A DNA stretch of 64,000 bases from Chamaesiphon sp. (GTDB lineage Bacteria > Cyanobacteriota > Cyanobacteriia > Cyanobacteriales > Chamaesiphonaceae): assembly GCA_965246715.1 (NCBI GenBank), contig CBDFFH010000043.1:96001-160000 (forward strand), given 5' to 3'. The translations under genes and the position numbers were made by a program. The notes beneath the pieces are model-generated. The model worked only from the letters and a program-made list of their open reading frames with translations. It made no database searches and was not told the DNA's origin. Positions 19,720-31,300 of the stretch are shown in pieces (the stretch's first letter is position 1; the number at the start of each line of letters is the position of its first letter).

Positions 19720-22700
19720 ATGGCAACTAGAAGTAGCTCTAGGCAGTCGAAATCTCAGCCCACTACTAGCAGCCCGAGCGCAGCTTCCCAACTCAACCCA
19801 TCATCCAACGGCAAGCCGATTGCGACCGCAATTGTCGGCATTGGGGCTTCCGCAGGCGGATTGGAAGCCTTTACCCTACTCTTACGCCACCTGTCGATCG
19901 AGACAGGGATGGCATACGTGCTGATCCAACACCTCGATCCGCAACACAAGAGTTTGTTGACGGAAATTTTGGCGCGCACGACGCAAATGCCGGTGACAGA
20001 GATAACCGATGGCATTGAGATCGAGCCGAATCATATCTATATCATTCCACCCAATACGCAGACGGTCTTCCGAAATGGGCGGCTGAAACTTTCACCACGG
20101 GAAAAGACTAAAGGCATATTTCACCCGATCGATCTATTCTTTCATTCGATCGCTGCCGAGTGCGGGAGCCAAGCAATCGGGGTTGTCTTATCTGGTGGCG
20201 ATGGCGATGGCGCGCTCGGACTATCAGCAATTAAAGCCGCTGGGGGCATCACCTTCGCGCAGGATCTCCCCTCCTCACAATTTGGCGGAATGCCCCATAG
20301 CGCGGCAAATACCGGGCAGGTAGACTTTATTTTACCGCCAGCGGAGATTGCCAAAAAACTCAACCAAATGAGCGCGCACTCCGGCTCGGCAGCGGGCGGA
20401 ACGATCGTGGCAACGGCGAGCCAGCCAGATCCGACAGCAGAGATCGATCTCGATCGACTCTCAGAGCGGCCATTGACACCGAAATTATCCCCAAACACCG
20501 CACTTGCCGACAGCGCCCCAGCACAGCTCGATCCCCTCGATCGAATTTTTGAACTGCTGCAACTTCAGACGGGAGCTAACTTTGCGGGGTACAAACATGC
20601 GACCCTCAATCGGCGGATGCAGCGGCGGATGCACCAACAGCAGATTGGCACGGTGGCAGATTATCTCAATTATTTAGTAGCATATCCGGCCGAAGTCGAG
20701 GCGCTGTATCGAGATTTTCTCATTGATGTCACGAGTTTTTTCCGCGATCCAGTCGCCTTTCAATCCTTGAAGGACAATATTTTGCCGCAGATCGTCCGGC
20801 AACAGCAAGTACCAAAAGCGCCAATTCGGGTGTGGGTGGCGGGATGTGCGACGGGAGAGGAAGTTTATTCGATCGCCATTTGTTTGCTGGAAGTGCTAGC
20901 AGAGCTAAAATTACCAGCGCAGATTCAGATTTTTGCGACCGATCTCAATGAATTGGCGATCGAGACTGCGCGCGCGGGTATTTACTCCAAAGCTAAGGTT
21001 GAGGGTGTCTCAGCCGAAAGATTGCAGCAGTTTTTTATCCCAGTCGCAGGTGGGTATCAGATCGATCGAGCGGTACGTGATTTGTGTGTATTTGCCAAAC
21101 ATAATCTCTGTAGCGATCCACCGTTCTCACGGCTCGATACGATCGTCTGTCGCAATGTACTGATTTATTTTGGAGCCAAACTCCAAAAAAAGGTGATGCA
21201 GACACTGCACTACGGACTCAAGCCGACTGGTTTTCTGATGCTCGGTAGTTCTGAGACTACGGGAAGCTCAGCGGACTTATTTCATGCTGTCGAGTTTGCT
21301 GAGGATACATCCGCAGCAAAACAGTACAAATTTTATACAAAAAAACTGGTGTCGCTCCTGCCCAATCTAGATTTTACGATCGGTGGCGAGATTAGATCCT
21401 ATTCCCCGCTGCAACCACCGATAGCGCCTGACGATCGGACTGCGAACATCGATCTGCAACAGATTACTGACGATATCGTTTGGAAACGCTATGCGCCAGC
21501 AGGGGTCACGATCGATTCCGATCTCCAAATCCTCCAATTTCGGGGCGATACTAGTCCCTATCTGAGTTCTGCTCCAGGCAAGCCGAGTTTTAGTCTGTTG
21601 AAAATGGCGCGGGTCGATCTGCGGGTCGAACTCCGAGCGGCGATCTATCAAGCGAAAAAACTCAATCTGCCAGTTAGTAAGTCGTCACTCAGCGAACTTA
21701 TCAAGTTTGAGGTCATCCCCGTTCGGGTGCCTGGACTGGCCGAGCGATACTTCCTAATTTTATTCGAGCCGTTGGTGGAGGCTCTCCCCACGAGTTTGAC
21801 CGCAGATCTTGACCAAGCAAATGAGGCGGCGGGACTACCGGAGATGACACTCACCCGCAAACGTGCACGCAAAACCCTGGTCGAACGGGAGAATCTCCAG
21901 CTCAAACACAAGCTCGCCCTGACTCAAGAGCATCTGCAAACCATAACTGAGGAGCAAGAAGCGATCGAGCAGGCGGCACGGGCGACGCAGGAGGAAATGC
22001 TCTCGAGTAATGAGGAGTTTCAAAGCACTAATGAAGAACTCGAAACCGCGAAAGAGGAGATCCAGGCAGCCAATGAGGAGTTGAGTACCGTCAATGAGGA
22101 ATTACGCAATCGCAATCTGGAAGCGACCCAAGCTAATAACGATTTGCTGAATATTCTCAGCAGCGTCAGACTGCCGATTTTGATTGTCGATACAGATCTC
22201 CGGATTGGGCGGTTTACGCCAATGGCGGAGCGGATCTTCAACCTCATTCCCACGGATCTCGGTCGCTCGTTCAAAGACATCCGCCACAACCTGAATATTC
22301 CCGATTTGGATCGCTCGATCCTCCAGACGATCGAGACGCTCACCATTTACCAACAGGAGATCCAAGACCGATCGGGAAATTGGTATCAACTTGAGATCCG
22401 CCCCTATCAAACTCACGACAAGATCGTTGCTGGTGCTACTGTCGTCTTGATCGATATCAACGAACTCAAGCAGCGCGCTCAGGAGATTCAAGTCGCCCGC
22501 GATTATGCCAATGCGATCGTCGAAACGGTATGGGAGCCGCAGCTCGTGCTCGATCGCGAGCTGCGGATTGTCACTGTCAATCATGCCTTCTATGAGATGT
22601 TTGAGTTTACGCCACCGCAGGTGGCAGGACAACTACTCGATAAGTTGGAAAACGGACAATGGCAGATCTTGGGATTACGATCGTGGCTGGAGGATCTGTT

Positions 22701-24096
22701 CTCCCATGCTACCCAAGTTGAAGATTTTGAAGTCGAACATACCTTCGAGCGGATCGGGCAGCGGACGCTCCAGCTCAATGCCCGCCAAATTCCGGCGATT
22801 GGCAACGATCGATTAATCTTACTCGCGATCGTTGATATCACTCAGCGCAAGCACATGGATACAGAACGGGCGCAATTATTTACGCTCGAACGCACCGCTA
22901 GATCGACAGCAGATGCCGCAAATCTCGCCAAAGATGTCTTCTTGTCGATCCTCTCCCACGAACTCCGCAGCCCGCTGAGTGCTATGTTAGGCTGGTCGCG
23001 ACTCCTCCGCAGCGGTAAATTAACCCCAGCTCAAGTCGAGCACGGCTTAGAAGTAATCGATCGCAGTGCGAGCATCCAAAATCAACTGATCGAGGATCTG
23101 TTAGATATTTCGAGTATTACCAATGGTAAGCTCCGACTCGATGCCGAACTCATCGACCTAGTACCCGTTATCGAAGCCGCGATCGATACAGTCGCGATCT
23201 CGGCTACAGCCAAAAACATCCAGATCCACACTCAACTCGATCCCTTTCCAGATCGCATCTTGGGCGACTTTGGCCGCCTCCAGCAGGTGATGTGGAATAT
23301 CCTCGGGAATGCGATTAAATTCACCGATCCTGGTGGCAAAGTCACCGTGCGGCTATCGTCAGTCGATCGCCAGCCAACCGATACCACTCGACAGAGTGCC
23401 GGCTACGCGCAAATTCAAGTCATCGATAATGGCAAAGGCATCGATCCGGAATTTTTACCGCATGTATTCGATCGGTTTCTTCAAGCCGACAGTTCCGCCC
23501 AGCGCAATTACGCTGGACTCGGACTCGGACTAACGATCGTCCGCCATATCGTCGAACTCCATGGCGGGACGATCGAAGTAGTCAGTGCAGTCGGCTCGGG
23601 ATCGACATTTACGATTCGGCTCCCGCTCTCTCCTAGAATTGCTGGCGAGTCAGCACCTCCAGCAGCCGACGCGATCGATCTGGGAGCTACTACTCTAGTA
23701 GACGCGTCCACCCTCATCGGGATTCACGTCCTCCTCGTCGATGACGAGGAAGATGTACGGACGCTGATAGCGACGATCCTCGAACAATCTGGTGCGACAG
23801 TCACCCCCGTCGCCGCTGCGCCTGCTGCCCTCCAACTCTTGCAAGCAGCACCCCAAAAATATGCTGTCCTCTTGTCCGATATCGGGATGCCAGGGCAAGA
23901 TGGCTGGTCGTTTATCCGTCAAGTTCGGGCACTCAGTGCCGCCGCCGGGGGACAAATTCCAGCCGCTGCACTGACGGCATATGCCAGTAGTCGAGAGCGC
24001 GCTCTGGCGCTCCAGCTCGGCTTTCAAATCCATATTGCCAAGCCTGTCGAACCCGATCTGTTGGTGGCGATCGTTGCCGATCTGGCGCGGGATTAG
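19720..24096 (+). CDS. CheB/CheR-fusion PAS hybrid histidine kinase (CheB-CheR-coiled coil-PAS-PAS-HisKA-HATPase-REC)
   Basis: GIGASAGG/IQHL (CheB), VTSFFRD, WVAGCATGEE, CRNVLIYF (CheR), SHELRSPL, GLGLGL, terminal LLSDIGMP. Confidence 0.93.
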   Translation: MATRSSSRQSKSQPTTSSPSAASQLNPSSNGKPIATAIVGIGASAGGLEAFTLLLRHLSIETGMAYVLIQHLDPQHKSLLTEILARTTQMPVTEITDGIEIEPNHIYIIPPNTQTVFRNGRLKLSPREKTKGIFHPIDLFFHSIAAECGSQAIGVVLSGGDGDGALGLSAIKAAGGITFAQDLPSSQFGGMPHSAANTGQVDFILPPAEIAKKLNQMSAHSGSAAGGTIVATASQPDPTAEIDLDRLSERPLTPKLSPNTALADSAPAQLDPLDRIFELLQLQTGANFAGYKHATLNRRMQRRMHQQQIGTVADYLNYLVAYPAEVEALYRDFLIDVTSFFRDPVAFQSLKDNILPQIVRQQQVPKAPIRVWVAGCATGEEVYSIAICLLEVLAELKLPAQIQIFATDLNELAIETARAGIYSKAKVEGVSAERLQQFFIPVAGGYQIDRAVRDLCVFAKHNLCSDPPFSRLDTIVCRNVLIYFGAKLQKKVMQTLHYGLKPTGFLMLGSSETTGSSADLFHAVEFAEDTSAAKQYKFYTKKLVSLLPNLDFTIGGEIRSYSPLQPPIAPDDRTANIDLQQITDDIVWKRYAPAGVTIDSDLQILQFRGDTSPYLSSAPGKPSFSLLKMARVDLRVELRAAIYQAKKLNLPVSKSSLSELIKFEVIPVRVPGLAERYFLILFEPLVEALPTSLTADLDQANEAAGLPEMTLTRKRARKTLVERENLQLKHKLALTQEHLQTITEEQEAIEQAARATQEEMLSSNEEFQSTNEELETAKEEIQAANEELSTVNEELRNRNLEATQANNDLLNILSSVRLPILIVDTDLRIGRFTPMAERIFNLIPTDLGRSFKDIRHNLNIPDLDRSILQTIETLTIYQQEIQDRSGNWYQLEIRPYQTHDKIVAGATVVLIDINELKQRAQEIQVARDYANAIVETVWEPQLVLDRELRIVTVNHAFYEMFEFTPPQVAGQLLDKLENGQWQILGLRSWLEDLFSHATQVEDFEVEHTFERIGQRTLQLNARQIPAIGNDRLILLAIVDITQRKHMDTERAQLFTLERTARSTADAANLAKDVFLSILSHELRSPLSAMLGWSRLLRSGKLTPAQVEHGLEVIDRSASIQNQLIEDLLDISSITNGKLRLDAELIDLVPVIEAAIDTVAISATAKNIQIHTQLDPFPDRILGDFGRLQQVMWNILGNAIKFTDPGGKVTVRLSSVDRQPTDTTRQSAGYAQIQVIDNGKGIDPEFLPHVFDRFLQADSSAQRNYAGLGLGLTIVRHIVELHGGTIEVVSAVGSGSTFTIRLPLSPRIAGESAPPAADAIDLGATTLVDASTLIGIHVLLVDDEEDVRTLIATILEQSGATVTPVAAAPAALQLLQAAPQKYAVLLSDIGMPGQDGWSFIRQVRALSAAAGGQIPAAALTAYASSRERALALQLGFQIHIAKPVEPDLLVAIVADLARD

Positions 24097-24210
24097 CAGC
24101 TAGCTATCTCGATCTCGATCGTGGTGGTCATCTGGCTCAAATTCGCGGAATCTTAGCTACTTGTGACAGGATTATCATCCATTCTCGATCGTTATAGCTG
24201 CACCTAATTA

Positions 24211-24441
24211 ACATTAGTTTGGAATAAGGAAAAATTGATTTGCTTCGCTCTAGCACCGCCCTGAACTATAAGTTCGGGCTAATAGCTAAAGTTCGTTGAA
24301 ACGAACTGCCAAATTAATTAGTTCGTTTCAACGAACTTTAGCTATTAGCCCCAAATTCATTTGAGGGCGGTGCAGAAACGAAGCTAGGAGTCATCCCTCG
24401 GATGTGCGGAGCCAATATCCTTAACCCTACCGAACTCATAT
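24211..24441. mobile_element. MITE family A copy (aged), same internal cassette as 40207-40419
   Basis: Degenerate TIRs; internal palindrome gggctaatagctaaagttcgttgaaacgaact..agttcgtttcaacgaactttagctattagccc; flanks taatta/taagta. Confidence 0.7.
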
Positions 24442-24902
24442 TAAGTATTTCCCCAAGCTGCATTCGCACCCCCTTAAGCGATCGCCGTATACATTTATTT
24501 ACAAATTATTTTTTAGCCTCACAACTATTACAGACAGCTAGCTCTAGTCGATCGGTTGGTCGAAAAACGATCGCGATTTTCAACGATCGATTATTAAAAA
24601 AATCTTAAGAGCGTCAAAGATCGAAGATATCGCTAAATTTAACTCAAGAGATCGAGCTATTGCTGACAAGGTGTTGAGGGTTAACCGTAATTAGAGATGG
24701 ACTACCGATAGGTAGATCGACTCATGCCTAATCGGTTAAATATGCGCATGTTCGCTATTTTTAAGTAATTATTTGAAAAAGTGAGTAGTCAATCGCAATC
24801 TAAAGCGATCGAGTAAAATCTGAGGGAAAGAAACAACTCGCTTTAACCTCGGTGTCCGATTGAGTTCAGGTTTTCATTTGGCTGACCAACTACTCAGTAA
24901 TC

Positions 24903-25349
24903 ATGGGGGCAATAGCAATGATCTCGATTTTTGAAGCAGTATCTCAGCCGTTGCTCGTCCTCGATGGCAATCTCCGCGTCCTCACAGCCAATCGCGCTTT
25001 CTATAGACTGTTTGAAGTTTTGCCGACGGAAATGGAAGGTCAACTCTTCGCCAAATTGCCTAATCGGCAATGGCAGATTCCCGAATTACACGCTCGGATT
25101 GCGGCTCTGCTGCTATATGACACCCAAGTTCGGGATTTTGAAGCGATCGGTATTTTCGCCCGAGGCGGACTCAAGACAATGCTAGTCAATGCTCGACAAA
25201 TTCCTAATTCGAACGACGAGGAAGCTTTGATTAGGGTAGATACCGATCGACTCAGTGACGCAGACTTGCCGCTAGCACTCCACAATGTGGTAAGAAATCC
25301 AACGATCTTGATTCAGATCTCCGAAGTGTCTGGAGTGCAAACTCACTAG
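24903..25349 (+). CDS. Stand-alone PAS-domain protein
   Basis: PLLVLDGNLRVLTANRAFYRLF..QWQI is similar to the second PAS of the upstream kinase. Confidence 0.7.
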   Translation: MGAIAMISIFEAVSQPLLVLDGNLRVLTANRAFYRLFEVLPTEMEGQLFAKLPNRQWQIPELHARIAALLLYDTQVRDFEAIGIFARGGLKTMLVNARQIPNSNDEEALIRVDTDRLSDADLPLALHNVVRNPTILIQISEVSGVQTH

Positions 25350-25435
25350 CAAGACTGCCTACTCTGCCAGTCACGAGCGTCAATCCAAAATCCAAAATCA
25401 CACCGGATGTCAATTATCACCTGAGCCAACTGAGC

Positions 25436-25891
25436 CTAGGCAGCATTACTGAATAAAAAATGCGTCATCTCCGCACTAATGCCTTCTAGTTCGATCCGGC
25501 TGGATTCTGGCAAACCAAAGCCGATATAACTCAATACTTCTTCCCAAGCCTGAAGTTCCTCCATCGTCCGCACTTGGCGTAATTTATCTACATAAAAATT
25601 GTGCCAAAACAGTGGTGCGATATGGTCGTATTTTTTCCAGCGCTTGCGCCAAGCTCTGACATCGCGATGGTTGGGCAATGCCACGCCGACAATCGGTGGT
25701 AAATCGGCATAACTGACGAATGTACTCATTTTCTTACCGACGACGTGTACCACGTATCGCCAACAGTTGACCTTATAAATGTCATCTGGCGATCGTTTGA
25801 GACACATCGCAACAGCATCTTTGGTGACAAATCTACTTTGGGGATTTGTGATGACTGTGGATTGAGTGGGTGCAGATGGAGCTAGTAACAT
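25436..25891 (-). CDS. Hypothetical protein
   Basis: 151-aa ORF with a plausible RBS-like context; no motif recognised. Confidence 0.6.
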   Translation of the reverse strand: MLLAPSAPTQSTVITNPQSRFVTKDAVAMCLKRSPDDIYKVNCWRYVVHVVGKKMSTFVSYADLPPIVGVALPNHRDVRAWRKRWKKYDHIAPLFWHNFYVDKLRQVRTMEELQAWEEVLSYIGFGLPESSRIELEGISAEMTHFLFSNAA

Positions 25892-26473
25892 GGGAGGACA
25901 CCAAAAAGGATGATGGATTATTGGTGGTAATGCACGGATAAATTATGAATTATGCGGCGCTTGCTCGTTGGGGAAGCAGCTACGAACAGAGATCGAGACA
26001 AGCAATCGCCACAAGACAAAGTGATGAATTACCAGTCCGATCGGCGATCGGATCGGTCAGCTGCGCTCTCACCTATATTATAGTACATTTTTACCAAAGT
26101 AGGAGGATTGGAGTTAGATTGTACGCTGAATTTAAAGCAGAATTCAAGACACCAGATGTGGCGTAGTGCAAAGATTCTGCCACCAATCGGTTAGCTATTT
26201 TCTACGATGGCGCAGGGTCGGGAGAGGGGAAGATGAGTGGAGAGATTTTAGCTTTTTGGCCGATCGCCCCTGAAATATCTCCACACTCGCAAACAATAGT
26301 TAGCAAATCGGGATGAGAATTGGGAAACATAGAGAAGTACTAGATTTACCGCGTTAACTGTCTGTCAGCTCCTGCTGTTATTGTCGCGAAAACCACCCAC
26401 ACTCCCAAGGGAGGAATTCCGCCTACAGCCTGACGGCAAACCGTTCGATTACCCCCACATTGCAGCGTAAACT

Positions 26474-27403
26474 ATGGCTACTCTCGTTTCTTCACCCATC
26501 CAACGTCTTACTGCGAATATCGCTCAGCAAATTGTCGGAAAGGATCGGGCGATTCAGCTGGTCTTGACGGCTTTGCTCTCAGGGGGACACGTATTATTAG
26601 AAGATGTGCCTGGAGTCGGTAAAACCTTACTAGCCAAATCGCTGGCCAAATCGATCGACGGTAAATTTCAGCGGATCCAATGTACGCCCGATTTACTCCC
26701 TTCCGATATTACGGGGACAAACATCTGGAATCCTGGCAGTCGAGAATTTGAATTTATCCCTGGGCCGATTTTTACGAATATTTTGCTGGCGGATGAGATC
26801 AACCGCGCTACGCCACGCACCCAGTCAGCATTATTAGAAGTCATGGAAGAGCAGCAGGTGACGCTCGATGGACTCTCGCGTCCCGTCCCCACACCATTCT
26901 TTGTCATCGCGACCCAAAACCCGATCGAGTCGCATGGGACATTTGCGCTACCAGAAGCACAGATGGATCGCTTTGCCATCTCTCTGAGTTTGGGTTATCC
27001 CAATGCGGCGGAAGAGTTGCAAATGCTCCAAGGCTTGACGACAGGACTGCCTGTAAATAACTTAGAACCCTGCATCACGCTTGCAGAAGTGCAAGCAATC
27101 CGCCAACAGTGTCAGCAAGTCAAAGTCGAACCGTCAATCCAACAATATATCGTCGATCTCGTCCGCGCGACGCGCAATGACAGCGAAATTAGCCTGGGAG
27201 TGAGTCCGCGTGGGGCTGTAGCTCTCCATAAAGCTACTCAGTCTTGGGCATGGCTTCAAGGGCGTTCTTATGCCCTCCCAGATGATGTTAAGGAGCTTGC
27301 TCTCTATGTCCTGGCGCATCGGATTATGCCGATCGGCGGTCGGCGTGGGACACAAATTATTACTCGATTATTGCAGACGGTGACTGTCGATCGAGTTCGC
27401 TAG
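26474..27403 (+). CDS. MoxR-family AAA+ ATPase
   Basis: EDVPGVGKT (Walker A), RIQCTPDLLPSD, LADEINRA, ATQNPIE, LPEAQMDRF. Confidence 0.93.
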   Translation: MATLVSSPIQRLTANIAQQIVGKDRAIQLVLTALLSGGHVLLEDVPGVGKTLLAKSLAKSIDGKFQRIQCTPDLLPSDITGTNIWNPGSREFEFIPGPIFTNILLADEINRATPRTQSALLEVMEEQQVTLDGLSRPVPTPFFVIATQNPIESHGTFALPEAQMDRFAISLSLGYPNAAEELQMLQGLTTGLPVNNLEPCITLAEVQAIRQQCQQVKVEPSIQQYIVDLVRATRNDSEISLGVSPRGAVALHKATQSWAWLQGRSYALPDDVKELALYVLAHRIMPIGGRRGTQIITRLLQTVTVDRVR

Positions 27404-27665
27404 ATTTTGTGGTTTTGGATTCGATCGCTGTCGAAATCATGCTTGAGCCGAATAGCTTCGATCGATCTAATGTTAGACTTCGCGTAGTAGTATTAACCCT
27501 ATGTTCTGGGTAGAAATTGCCCACACAGACGATCCCCGATCGCCTAATAAATTCGATCGATTATACTTGTTTAATACGCGGATATACAAATAGAAATATC
27601 GGCTCAGAGCAATGCCCGACCTAAGTTATAGGATATGCTAGAGCTTTAATTCACCATAAAGTTTG

Positions 27666-27971
27666 ATGATTCTGGAAGCTGTTAATCTAAGTGTAATTGC
27701 CGGAACAGAAGACGAGTTCGAGGCGGCTTTTGCCACCGCCACCCCATTAATCTCAGCTATCGATGGCTATCTCTCGCACGAGTTGCACCGCTGCTTGGAA
27801 GTCCCCGGCAAATATCTTTTATTAGTCCGCTGGCGCAATCTCGAAGACCACACGATCGGATTCAGACAATCGCCCCAATTTATCCAGTGGAAACAGTTAC
27901 TCCATCATTTCTACGATCCGTTTCCGACTGTAGAGCATTTTGAGTTGTCGCTGGCACATCATCCAAACTAA
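27666..27971 (+). CDS. Antibiotic biosynthesis monooxygenase (ABM) family protein
   Basis: MILEAV..FEAAF..GYLSHEL..YLLLVRW..EDHTIGFRQS..HHFYDPFPTVEHF. Confidence 0.88.
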   Translation: MILEAVNLSVIAGTEDEFEAAFATATPLISAIDGYLSHELHRCLEVPGKYLLLVRWRNLEDHTIGFRQSPQFIQWKQLLHHFYDPFPTVEHFELSLAHHPN

Positions 27972-28060
27972 TACCATTTTGGATTTTGGATTGGGGAAAC
28001 ATTGCTGTCTCTGAAGTCGATCGATCTATCTGTCAGGATCGGTTTTTAAATTGGGATAAC

Positions 28061-28242
28061 GGCGTTGCTGAATATGGGTATGATTTTTTGTAGGGGTGCC
28101 CCTGTCTTGTCGTTTTTTTATTCGGGGGGAACCCCCGAATAAAAACGCCGCTTGTGAGTACCCTGAATCGATGCGGGGTAAGCACGAGGCATTACCCCTA
28201 CAAAAATTGTTTGTGCGTTTCATACATTAATTCAGCAACGCC
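28061..28242. mobile_element. MITE family B, intact 182-bp copy (empty IS110 target site)
   Basis: 13-bp TIRs ggcgttgctgaat / attcagcaacgcc; 8-bp TSD gggataac (28053-28060, 28243-28250). Near-identical to the two halves at 39020-39064 and 40548-40684 in reverse orientation. Confidence 0.9.
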
Positions 28243-28248
28243 GGGATA

Positions 28249-28359
28249 ACGTCAGTTTCTCCTAGCGGAGAGAGTACGCCAACGGGTTAAGGAGATTTGC
28301 TTCGTTTTGTACAGCCAACGATTTCCACTCTCCAGGCAACTCTGATCCCAAACTCAGGC
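28249..28359. mobile_element. Degenerate MITE family A copy with a small insertion in its left TIR
   Basis: acgtcagtt[tctcctagcggagagagtacgccaa]cgggttaaggagatttgcttcgtt...tcccaaactcaggc. Confidence 0.6.
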
Positions 28360-31300
28360 TACTGATGATTTTTCGGCCAGGTCACATAAAAAGTTGTCCC
28401 CCGTCCTAAACTCGACTCTAACCGAATCGTACCTTGCTCTGTTTCGACGATCTTTTTGACGATCGCCAACCCAATTCCCGTACTATCACTATTGTCCTGA
28501 ACTTTGAGGGTTTGGAAAATAGCAAAGACTTTTTCGTGATGTTCGGGGGCGATACCGGGGCCGTCATCTTTGATGATAAATTCATGGCAGTCGGGATGTT
28601 CGATCGCCGAAATGTGCAGATGTCCGGTGACAGAAGTATGGTGATTGATGGCGTTGCTAATTAAGTTAGCAAAAACTTGGCTCAAAAATACGCGCTTGGT
28701 GGTAAGGGTTGGTAGCGGTTGCTGAATGTCGATCGTAAAGCCCTCTGGTGGGGCGAGAGAGTCGATAATCTCGCTCAGGAGTTCGGCAAGGTCAAATGTT
28801 TCCAACTGGGCTTCTTGTCTTCCGGCGCGGGCGTACAGCAGCAAACTGTCAATCATTGATTCCATCCGTTTGACGCGGGTGCGGAGGAGCTGAAACTGTT
28901 GCTGAGAGTCTGGTGGCAACTGACCGTCTAAATCCTCTTCAATCCAGACTGACAAGTTAGAAATCGCCCGTAGGGGAGCTTTGAGATCGTGGGAGACAGT
29001 ATGTACGAAGCTGTCTAGCTCCTTGTTACGTTCGGCAAGTTCTGCTTCGGCTTGTTGCAGATCGGTAATGTCGGTATTGGTGCCAAACCAGCGTCTAATT
29101 TGTCCTGACTCATCGCGGATCGGCACTGCGCGAGACAAAAACCAGCGGTATGCGCCATCTCGACCTCGGAGCGGAAATATATCTTCCCATTCTTCACCGA
29201 TTTCGAGATGATGGCGGAATAGCTTCACTACTCGATCGATATGTTCGGGATGATGAACGCTTTGCCAGCCCCAGCCCTGCATCTGTTCTAGCGTCGTACC
29301 TGTATACTCAAACCAGCGACGGTTGTACCAGAAGATCCAGCCGTTTTCGTCGGTCATCCACGCAAACTGAGTGATATTATCGGCTAAAGTGCGGAATCGC
29401 TCTTCACTCTCGCGTAATTCTGCTTCAGCGCGTTTGCGATCGGTGATTTCTTGGACGACGACATTAATCCCCGCGATCTGTCCGGTTTCATCCCTCAGCG
29501 GATAACAATTTTGAATCCAAGTTCTCTGGACTCCAGGTTGAGCTAGAGTTTCACCACTAATTTCGATATTTAGCAGTGGCTCTCCGGTGGTGAAGATGCT
29601 GTTCAGGATCGGTTCGTCTTCATCTGCCACACTAGGCACGATTTCGCGCAGCGTGCGACCGATATGGTCGTCAATATCGATACCATTAATTTCTGCCAGC
29701 CGCTGATTGAGGCGGACATAGCGCAAGTCTCGATCGAGAATTGTTAGCCCGATGGGTGCGGTTTGATAAATCGCTTCGATCTCCATCAGTTGTCGTTGCA
29801 CGAGTAATTGACTCTGATGTAACTCTTCCTCTGTGCGTTTACGTTCGGTAATGTCGGTAGTAAAGCCAACGATATTTATCATTTGTCCGTGCGAATCATA
29901 CTGGAAATAGCTGCGATCGGACACGTATACCCAGTGCCCTGCGGCATGACGGACGCGATATTCGCTTTCAAAGCGAGCTATCCCCACTGGAGCTGCTAGG
30001 AACTCCGATTGGGTGCGCTCTAGGTCATCGGGATGCACTCGATCCATCCACCAATCGTTCGTTGGCGGCACATCTTCTGGTCGATAGCCCAGCAGCTCGA
30101 ACAGTCCTTTAGATCGATAGATTGTTTTTGTTTGGAGATTCCACTCGTACACCATCCCTCGCACTGCTAGCATCGCTGACTCAAATCGGGCGTTACTCTG
30201 GGCTAGGTTGGCTGTGGCGACTTGCCGTTCGGTAATATCGTAGTTGATGCCGTCAAACGAGATTGGTGCGCCGTCAGGGGCATATGTTGCCTTGCCAGCC
30301 GATCGAATCCAGCGAATTTCGCCTGTGTTTGGGTGGACTGCTCGGTGGTCGATCTCATAGAGAGTGCCCTCTCGCAGTGCAGCTTCAACCGCCAGCCGAG
30401 TTGGTTCGCGATCGTCGGGATGGACGCGACTCCAGAACAAGTCGATCGTCGCCTCGGCATCGGGCGGCACAAAGAATAGTTCCCTAGTGCGATCGTCCCA
30501 ATTGAGTGCGCCCAATGGGAGTGAGTTGAGCCATAGCCCGATCCCAGTGTTGTTCAGTACAAATTCCAGTCGCTCTCGATACAGTAGTATTTCTTGCTCT
30601 GTCTGCTTACGTTCCGTAATATCCTGCACCGTGCCGCGCAAGCCGACGATCGTTCCAGCCGGATCGCGCACGACTTCGCTACGAGTAGTAATCCAGATCG
30701 GCATACCATCATTGCGGAATGCTGGTAAGTCCAATTCGTAGCCGATTCCGGTGTCTAGGCTGCGCTGCACCTCTGCATTGAGCTGCTGCCAGCTTTCGTG
30801 CGAATACAGCCAGCCAGCTTGAGCAGCGAAATTGGGCAAGGTATCGCGGGGGTCGAATCCATAAATCCGCGCCAGTTCGTCCGAGCCAGTGGTGACATCG
30901 GTTTGCGTGTCCAAATACCAATTACCAATCTTACCAATCCGTTGCGCCTCTGTGAGTTCGGCTTCACGCAGCCGGAGTTGCGATTGTAATCGTTTGAGTT
31001 CGGTTACATCGGTAAACGTTGCCACGCAGCCGCGCACGGCGTGGTGCTCGTCAAATAGCGGCACGGCAGTTACCAACCAATCGAATGCCGCTCCGTCTGC
31101 TCGTACCATTTGGATTTCGACATCTCGCACCGCTTGCCCCTGCGCGGTTGCCAGTTGCATTGGGAGCTGGTCGCCAAGAAGTTCTCGACCATTGTGGTAT
31201 TGACGGAATGGTAAAGTTTCAGCTTCCGCTCCAGTTGCCGAAACGTTGGTATCAGGGGATACCTTCAGCATATTTTGCCCGAATTGATTGGTGCGAATGA

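Noticed and set aside
25381..25399. Heptamer tandem repeats (caaaatc; also at about 27977 and 54476)
   Set aside because: Only 2-3 units; ordinary cyanobacterial short tandem repeats.
26474..27403. MoxR ATPase as part of a defence system
   Set aside because: No adjacent vWA or effector genes; an ordinary stand-alone MoxR.
28026..28223. 65-aa ORF
   Set aside because: It lies almost wholly in MITE B and has no protein features.
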